Shown: in pieces, positions 1 to 64,000 of the stretch
Layout of the letters: each line of letters opens with the position of its first letter
Numbering within the stretch: the stretch's first letter is position 1
Source of the DNA: Nitrospirales bacterium
Lineage (GTDB): Bacteria; Nitrospirota; Nitrospiria; Nitrospirales; UBA8639
Reading direction: 5' to 3'
DNA: 64,000 nucleotides
Assembly (NCBI GenBank): GCA_965203295.1
Contig: CBDBCZ010000016.1
Coordinates: 288,001 to 352,000 of the forward strand
Notes under the pieces: generated by a model
Database searches by the model: none
What the model was told of the DNA's origin: nothing
What the model saw: only the letters and a program-made list of their open reading frames with translations
Program-made: the position numbers and the translations under genes

Positions 1-3000
1 TGTAGCACACTGTTCATCTGAGAGTTTTCTGATATTGTTTGTAGAGCACTTGCTAGCTCATCTTGTACTCTGCTCCTAAATATGGAATTCAAATACAGTT
101 TGCCACTTTAATGGAAACTATTCATGTGTATATGTAGCATGACTACCTTTCATCTTGTGAGTTCTTTAGCTGTTCTTTAAGTGATTGCATCTCTCCAGCA
201 CACTTTGAAAGCTGCTGGTTTGCAACGGACAGATGTTCATCTGTAACCTGAAATAATATACGTAGTGATCACACAAATCCAGGAGTACATGTACATGAAG
301 TACAGTATGTGCATATGCCATTTACCATAATATAGCCGGTTATTTTTGAAATTTTGTGTCAGTCAGCAGTAATTTCTGTGGTTTAATTCGATTGGATTAT
401 TCACTCTATTGCACACTGACTTGGGTGACAGAAAGACAGCGGGTGAGTAACAATGGGGACTAAGTCAATAGCACTTTGTTTCTGGTTCCATAGCCCCCAA
501 CAAAACTTGCTCACACTTTCAACCTAAATAGCCTAATAGAAGTCTGAACAAGACTGTTTGTGGGAAGAAAATTTTATGGTTCACAGTAGCCTGGTGAATA
601 CATCCAGCTACAACAGAACTACAATGTAGCCTCGAACCCAGGCCTTCCACGCAGATTTTTTTGCAGCCGTGGCAAAAGTTTTGCCACGGCTGCAAAAAAT
701 CTGCGTTCGAGGCTACAATAGAACCCTTCAAATGCCAGAGTCCTCTGAATTACCTTGTGGCTTTGCTGGACTTCATCCAAGCTCTCTTGCAAGCTAGTGT
801 TCACTTTCTCCAAGCCTTTGTGGGATTCTGAATGACAAACAGCATAAAATGTAGCACGATTCAGTCAGACAGCGGGCAGTCTCTACTATAGTGGTCCAGT
901 TGCTAGGACAATACAGTAGTGTGTTTTCTGGACTAATGACCATCCAGTAAGTAAGTCAAGTTACCCAATCAATAAAATGGGACAAAATAGCTATCCTGGA
1001 CTTTGCCTAGGATAACTATAAGTTTTTACCCATGTGCTGCCGTGTGTATCATTTCCCTGGTGTTGTCTTTAAGAGGAGTTATAGTTTACATTCTCCAGTG
1101 CCAACAGTTACTACACACACACCCACACACTTACATTCCTCCACAGCAATAACTAAGGATGATTTGTGTGGTCCTCACAAACCACATACACATATTACAT
1201 GTACGTACACATTCACAATTTGCACATGTACACACACACACATACACGAAGCAATTCACAATGTTAGCTGTTGTGCACTGGAAGTGCTTTTACCTTGTAA
1301 GTCTAAAACTTGCTGTTCTGCTGTTGTTTTCAATGTCCTGGTATGTTCTAATTCTTGCTCTGAGGAAGCATTCATGAAATACAAACATGCATGAAACCCC
1401 AAATCATGGTACTTGCAACTACATGTAGTTCTTATTGCCATGCATGCTTAGCATCCACATCTGGAGCACTGTACGTATATTACTCTCCCCCATTCCCAGG
1501 CTACTTCTGACTCTCATTTCGAATGCTCCCCCCCCAACCGTTGCAGTATATAACGCACCTAATTCTGCTACTTTTGACACCAAGGATGCCTTCTCTCCTG
1601 TTACGTAAGTGAGGTCCTTTTGCAGCTGCGAAGTGGATGAGTTAAGTTCAGAGTTCAGTCGCTGCAACTCCTGAAAGTCAGATTAAAAAATAAGCATTGC
1701 TGGATCCAAACAGCTTGAGAAACCATGCATATGTGATTCCAGACCTCTCCAGTGAACTGCGTACCTTTTGGTTGGCTTCTAGCTGTTGGCTTGCTTGCTG
1801 AAGCTGAGTTTGGAGTAATGTCTTAGCATCGCCAGAAGTAGCTTCCTATAATATAACAGAGTAAATTTTTAAGCTACATTGTGCACCATCAAGTGAATGA
1901 TTACTAGCTCATAGTGACACAGCAAAACATGTATGCAGTGCATCAGAGTCACAAGTTAATTTGAAGATATACGCATAAATCAGTAACGACGTAGATATAT
2001 GCTTATCAATAATGGACTGACAAGAGGCAACAGCGGCACTGATCCAAGATAATTTTAAGATATTGGACAGTTTTCTGACTGTCTATAGCCCTTCAATTCT
2101 CCCATCTAACTGATATGCAATGCTTTATTCATGCCTTATATCTATACGCCATATGTGTACATTGTCATGTACATACCTAGGAATGAAGATGGTCATATAC
2201 GTACATACACTGTCAGGTACATGTACCTTCGCTTGCAGAGCACTGTTGCAACGGCTAAGATTCTGGTTCTCCTTCTGCAAGCTGGCAACTTGAGCTTGGA
2301 GGGCTGACTTATCCTTCATGGCCATCTGGCATATACATGTATGTACATGTAGGTGATTACACATTGTGACAGTATCACAAAAACAAGGACTACATGAACA
2401 TGTACCTGAACTTTTCCTTCCAGTTTAGCACCTTCAGACTTGCTAGCCATTAATTGCTTGCTTAGGTCGTTCCTTTCAGAAACAAGCCTCTTTATCTACA
2501 TGTACATATATAAGGTAAATACTGGTCAAGTTATGGTATCTATTAACCTTGAGCTTACACAAGAGCCTGGGCACGAGGTTAGGTATCAATAGGTATGGGA
2601 TAGAATAAACAAAGCGCTGTGCTCTAGTGCCTTCTCTGCTCTTCTTGTGTTTGATGCTGGTTGTAAATTGCATGAATTTGGATTTTGTACATGATTTCAA
2701 AAACACTGCGATTCACGTTATGGCGCCTATGAAACTTTCAGCGGCTTGTTGATCTGCCCACCCACTATACTGCCAAGGTATGCACAGTAATTTACACAAG
2801 AGTGCTGTTTTTTGGAGGCAGAAAACTCTAAATCATTTGATATACATGTAAACCAGGGGGTGGTACAGGGTTGTAGTACATGTATGTTGGCTATCCTATT
2901 TTCATTTTAATAACCTGTTGCTAGATGAAGTTAAGAAAGCTGGAATTGGTACAAAACTGTTCACAATGTCATTCAGATTGTGGGACTAAAAGTTTGCTGA

Positions 3001-6000
3001 TGATACAAACAAGTTTCGTAACCGAATCTAACATTAAAAAGAGAACTACAGGTACGTACATGTACATGAGTTATGGCAGTGGGGAGAAATGAAGTTTCAA
3101 TTTCTTGGGCCTTTAATAATGGTTCATGGAATGTCATGCACACGACAGTACAGTAGGTTTTCCTTCCTGTATTGTACGTGTACTTTTGTGTTGTAATAAA
3201 AGTCACAAAAGCTGTAGTCTAAGAGTACTCTATTCAATTACTTGGCTGCTGGTGTGTAAAGCCATGTAGACCACTCACACACTAGGAAGCTGCAGACCTA
3301 GAGGGACAATCCAAGTGTACATATGGTGTTTCTACAATAGATACAACAAAACAGCTGGTAGTGAATAGCTTGGGTACTCAGGGTCTGAATGAAGAGTTAG
3401 GGGTACAAATACATGTATATGCATGTAAATTACGTGGGAATGAACGTGAGCAGGAGCTTATGAGCACATTGGGTGGTTCATGCACCCCTGTAGTCACGAA
3501 CCCAGGCCTTCCCCACACTCTTTTTTTTATTTTCGTGAGTACAAGGAAGGCCTGGGTTCGAGGCTAGCACTCCTGATGTGAGTGTAGTACAAGTACACGC
3601 ATATACATGTATACATGTGCATGTGCTCTAGGAGCTTGAGTGTAGACGTGGTTTGCGTAATCGTCGTCATAGGTCATGTGATGAGTGAAAAACGTCAGAA
3701 AACAACAAAACGAATGACAATATCAAGTGCAGGTAAAAATTCAAGCAATTTGGCAGAAAGTCCGTACTCATCCATAATGGTCATAATAAGTATATGCCAG
3801 TTACATGTACATGTACAACATACCGTACAGGTGTACATGTTCATGTAGCTGGTTGTAAACTGACCTCTCTTTCATATTCAGCAATTTTTGGGTGTTCAGT
3901 AGCAGATGCAGAATTTCTCCTATCTCCTTTGACAATCCTTGGCTTAGGTGTTTTTGGTAATTTGTACTGGGAAGCAAGAAAAGTGAAGAGCAAACTGTAT
4001 GTATACGTACATGTACATCTGCAAATAAATTTACTGCAATGCTGTTGTCGCTACCACTTGTTCCAAGGCTCGATCTATTTATGATCTACATGATATGTAC
4101 CCCAGCTACCCAGTCTCACAGCCATCCATGGAACAGAACACGCATACATGTACATGAAGTTACCCCAAATGGTGCCTTTTATTACTAACCAAATAATATA
4201 ATGTACTTACTGGTGTGGCTTTATGGACAGAATCATCAGCAAAAGACGAGTCGACATCATCTACATGTACATTTAGGTGAGGGCACAAGTGTATAACATG
4301 TAAAAAATAGTTTGAACACACATGTATAAGGGCCTCTACTTGATTGTGTCACACCTATTTAGTATACAGCGCAATATATGTGTACATGTACAGACCCAGT
4401 AAGTAATGGGTACATATACTATAGCAATCATTATTCATGAAGTGAAGCTGTAGGACTTGTCTAGGCATACTGTATACTGATAAGTGAGGTCCTAAAGCCT
4501 GGGAATTTAACAGAGGAAGCGATAAGTTCTCAGCTTGCATGTGGGACAGAGGAAGCAATAAGTTTCAGCTTGCATGTGGGACAGGGCAGGTGTGGTTACT
4601 ACAACTTGAAACAGGACTAAAGGTATCAGATTGTCTTGTCCCATTGTACCTACTAAAGTATGAAATAGTTCCCACTTGAATTAGGCAGAGCCAAAATGTA
4701 GCTACCGGTACTCTATAAGCAAAAGTCCTATGACGTGGAAGTCAGCACACGAAATTCGGCAGGTAAGCCATAGGTCTATAGTTCTCACAATCTTCATAGC
4801 GCGATAAGAAACGAGTAATGTATTGTCTGATCAATGTTTTCACATCAATTGCTTGAGAAATCCTTCCTTGCAGTTGCCATACTGAGATAGTGATCCCTGC
4901 AGTCGTACCACTTCCTTAAACATCGATGTTGTTACGTGTTGTTGGGAGTTTGTACGTAAATGTACCTCTTTGTACACAACATTTGCCCGGTCAGCAGCCA
5001 GTAATAACAATAGCAACATGTAATATCTTGAACACTATCTTTTACAGCAGTTTTCACTACCTTTGCTAGAGCAAAACCCACTGCACTAATGGGTGGGTGA
5101 GTGGTTAATTAGACTTTGAAGTCCTCGAGGTGGTCACTTCTTGAATCAAACCAAATACACTAGCGATAGCTGTGGTTTTACCGCTTCTTGTTTACTGTTG
5201 CGAGGTTTATGAAAACAGCTGTAATACACATAATCACTGACATTGTTGGAGGAGCAGAATTACACACCAGGAACTGTATATTACATCAACAGTCCGCTAA
5301 TTGTTTCGTAACTATCACATGAAGTTACCTTATTGGCCATGCGCTACATGCTACAGTAGTACAGTAGTATGGTGTTTTTCTGTACTATGCACATAGTATT
5401 GCCAGACAAAGCTTCTTTATTGCTATGAGATTGTTTACTGTCGCTCAGATGCGACTATCATCCATGATTTTTTCCAGCAGTGTCTTGTGCCAACGATTCT
5501 CCCTGACACATCCTCATTGGATACGCTGTGCGATGAAAAACAGCAAATCGCAATGTTGTGGCCTAAATACTCCATGACTAAACGATGACAGCAAATGAAT
5601 CTCTAAAAGAGTGTATGGTACACATTGAGCGTAAACGTTCTGCGCATGTAGTTTGGCACTTTAGAAGAAAGAACGGGAACATTCTGACAATTCCATTCTG
5701 TTCAAGTTATGGTTTAGTAACCACCGGTGCGTGTGAGCAGGAAGGGAGGCCTGAAAATGAGGTCTGTACATTACACACGTACCTGAGCCTTGAAGTTGGA
5801 ACCTCTTGCTTCTGTCGAAAGAGAGGGGACCATAGCCGCTGTCTGACCATTTCACATCATATGACCCCACCGGGGGCACCTCAGAAGCTGGATGTGATTT
5901 AGGTTAAAACACACACTAATAACACACAGCACTAGCCAGCCTTTCTAGCCGAGTCAGCCCCGTTCACTACGACTTTCCTGGAACCCCTGGTTCAGGTCAG

Positions 6001-6124
6001 CAGTACAGTCTATATAGCCATACTGATATAATATATACCTCCGGAGGTATATATATCTATGCTATGATATATCACAAGTTCATTCTTTACCTTTGCCTTT
6101 GAATCTCTCCGATTTTGAAAACAT
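1..6124 (-). CDS. HMMR: Hyaluronan-mediated motility receptor (RHAMM) orthologue, 5' part; spliced, continues past the left edge
   Basis: GT-AG exons with consistent phases: 6124-6091, 5887-5783, 4260-4211, 4085-4035, 3966-3865, 2495-2406, 2325-2227, 1845-1765, 1670-1559, 827-754, 247-147, 75-1. N-terminus MFSKSERFKGKASEVPPVGSYDVKWSDSGYGPLSFDRSKRF resembles the recalled HMMR N-terminal microtubule-binding motif (KRF...P.PG.YDVK...GP.SF.KS.RF), followed by coiled coil. The diagnostic C-terminal domain lies outside the window. Confidence 0.82.
3491..3566. mobile_element. AcademH-like miniature element
   Basis: TAGTCACGAACCCAGGCCTTCC...GGAAGGCCTGGGTTCGAGGCTA with flanks GCACCCCTG / GCACTCCTG (8/9 match). 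Confidence 0.7.
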
Positions 6125-6272
6125 CCTGATGATAGAACAGACCGGGTGTAGCTACTCAGCACCAAAGGAAGGGATTACGCGATCGAAAATTTTGAGCCCG
6201 CGGGGTTACAACTTTGAACTGACCAATATTACGCATGCGCAGATAAGTGATCGCAAAATTCAAACTCCAATC
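6125..6272. promoter_or_regulatory. Putative bidirectional HMMR/NUMA1 promoter and 5' UTRs
   Basis: 148 bp between divergent ATGs. CpG-rich relative to the introns. TTTGAA (CHR consensus) at 6213-6218, TTCAAA (CHR on minus strand) at 6259-6264, CCAAT at 6223-6227 and 6267-6271, NRF1-like TACGCATGCGCA at 6230-6241. Confidence 0.7.
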
Positions 6273-17480
<11,208 letters not shown>

Positions 17481-18524
17481 GGAAATAAGGTTTTGGTTAA
17501 CACTGCATGTAGTTTCATCCTTGAACTAGTACGTAGTTTGTTGTTTAGTCTCATGACCATTCCTGTACATGTGTGTACCTATTTAGTCACCAGGCTTTTT
17601 TAAAAATTTACAGCTATAATTATGTATCATGCAACCAGTAACAATGAAGTACATATTGTGTAACTATCGCATTGATGTTATGCTTTGGCATGGGTATTCT
17701 TACCATTCTAGTGGTGAATGACGAACGGGCGACTGCACTCCCCAGGTACTGATGTATGCGGGGGAGGGGGGACAATGCTAGTGGGCAATAAGCTGGCTGG
17801 GTAGTGGTAGTGCATGGTCTGCTCTAAATAGATCCTCGAGGATTGCCTTCATTTCATATCTTTACTGAGTGACCACTTAAAGTTACCACATTGCCAGTTA
17901 GGAACACCAATTTTATAACAATGTACCCTAATTATGAGACTCTAGTAGACCTAGTATCTGGGACTTAATATAGTACAGCTCCAGCTAGAATATAATTGTA
18001 TTGCTGGAGAACATCCCTTGCACGGCAGCCTGTACGCATATAGTATTGGAGGGAAAAGGTAATTAGAGGACACTCAGCCCCAAAGTTGGAGCTTTCTTTA
18101 TGTTCACATAGGTTAGAACTGGAGCTTGTGAGCGCTGCTAATACGCTCCTGGTTTAGAAGCACTGTTGCATAACTTTGAGTGGCTAGCATTCTCCATTAA
18201 AAAATTGAAAACATTGATGCGGATTCATAGATACCATGGTCCCATTCAGGCCTAAACATCCCTAGCAGTCCACAAAGCAAACCTTTGAGTTAGAATGGCT
18301 TTCGTTCACTGCCAGTTCCTTTATCCCACCTACTGTAGGTGCACAATACTGTCTAGACTCCTGTTGAGGTTCAGGTACAACCACCTTGACATGGCCACAG
18401 GGACATTTAGCGATCCCCCCTCCCCAAATATGTGTGAGCCTGATACATGTAGGTACACTATAAAAAGAATAATACAGTAGATAATAACTTGTATGTATTG
18501 CAGAATTGGTGGCTTTGAAAATCC

Positions 18525-25611
<7,087 letters not shown>

Positions 25612-26134
25612 GGCTCCAGTGAAATGGGGTGAGATCAGAAACTAACAGGGAGCAACAGATTTATAGCGTGAGTTCCACCACTTATTGTGTGTAGTCCCGT
25701 ACACCCATGCACTGTGACCATCCCATCTAGCACACCCGCCCACAGCAGTGCTCTCTAATTGAAATACACCAGCATTTCTCTTTACAACTGATACATGCAA
25801 ATATTAATGAAGCTACCGACCTTACTCCCCAGCACCACAATATTTTCCGTGCCTTCATTTTCAGATAACTTTGCTCCAGCCTCCTCCATTTCGCCAGCAA
25901 CAAAAACTCGGGCCAGGAATCGTGTGCGTAGCGGTTCACGTGAGACACTTTGGCTGCTCCACGTGCTCGTAAAATGGCTTCTGCTAGGTAGGAGTTTCTT
26001 AAGCTTGGATAAAGATCATAGGTGTGTTTAGTATTGTAGGCCCTAGAGTACTGTGCTTTGTGGAACCTGAGTCCAGATCTGTCGCTTGATCGTGGAAGCT
26101 TGTGTCTCAGCGCTGTGAAGCAACCGTCACGACC
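25612..26134. promoter_or_regulatory. Putative bidirectional RNF121/NAA15 promoter region
   Basis: Lies between divergent genes. CpG-rich core with E-boxes TCACGTGA (25936-25943) and CACGTG (25960-25965), YY1-like AAAATGGC (25971-25978), then a likely 5'UTR donor AG|GTAGG near 25988. Confidence 0.5.
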
Positions 26135-63253
<37,119 letters not shown>

Positions 63254-64000
63254 GTGAGTCGTTACAGACCACTTCGGTATAGGATGGGAGCCCAGGGAGC
63301 TGAGCTCTCTAGCACCTAGTGAAGGAAGGGTCTACTAGTCAGGTCCTGAAGAATTTGTTAAACCAGAAAATTTGTCTGAGTTAGTATCATGGTACATGTA
63401 TTCTATTTTTTTAGCACTATATATAAAGTTGTTAATCAACACCCCGCATGTAAATAGCTGAACTCCAGGCTGTTTAGCTGTTGCCCAGAGGAGGTTGAAC
63501 ACGCATTCATTAATGTGCGTAGTCACGTGCCCTTTGCTGCACTTAATTACATTACACCGTGCAATTACATGAATTAGTTCACTGAAAAGCTAAAAAGTAC
63601 GGATTGAAACTAGGTAGACATCAACAAAGAGGTAGCAAGCGCCAAAATGACTTACTGTTCAACAATTTGAGTGATTCTGTGCTTTTCTGAGGTGCCATAG
63701 GTGTAACAGAAACCCTGACTCAAAACACAGGTAAGCAAAGCTCGATATGAACCTGCAATGGCCTGTAGATTGCTGCAAGACGGTTGGAACAGACCTAGAA
63801 GGATAGCAGCTTGCCGTTTGTAGATACAGTCCATTACATGTATGTATATAGCCTCACTTTGCCAACAGTTTGATAGTTTACCGACCGTAGCACTGCAATA
63901 ATCCAGGGGTTGAACGGGTTGACTCACTTTTCTGAAAGCGTTTCACAAGCAGATTCCAACAATATGTGTTTCTTGTATATTGATAGCAGAACTTGGCCAA

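Noticed and set aside
627..715. TAGCCTCG...CGAGGCTA element in an HMMR intron
   Set aside because: Same family termini, but no clear target duplication, so it was not used as evidence for the 9-bp TSD claim.

Overview
This is eukaryotic, intron-rich animal DNA. A sponge or other non-bilaterian marine invertebrate is my inference from sequence style, not something the window proves. I reconstructed four spliced genes by hand, with consistent exon phases: <-HMMR/RHAMM (1-6124, runs off the left edge), NUMA1-> (6273-17480), <-RNF121 (18525 to about 25611) and NAA15-> (26135 to beyond the right edge). HMMR and NUMA1, both spindle-pole proteins, have start codons only 148 bp apart across a CHR/CCAAT-containing interval. 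The NuMA rod is built from nine homologous phase-0 exons of 53 or 46 aa. NUMA1 and RNF121 are tail-to-tail, as I recall them being in human. RNF121 and NAA15 each have a U12-type intron. NAA15 introns hold an intact Ty3/Gypsy element with apparently identical LTRs, a same-strand intronless death-effector-domain gene, Helentron and Tc1-like remnants and a long inverted repeat. TAG...CTA elements with 9-bp target duplications (AcademH-like, one with RecQ helicase fragments) are scattered throughout. All identifications rest on motif recognition from memory; no searches were run.
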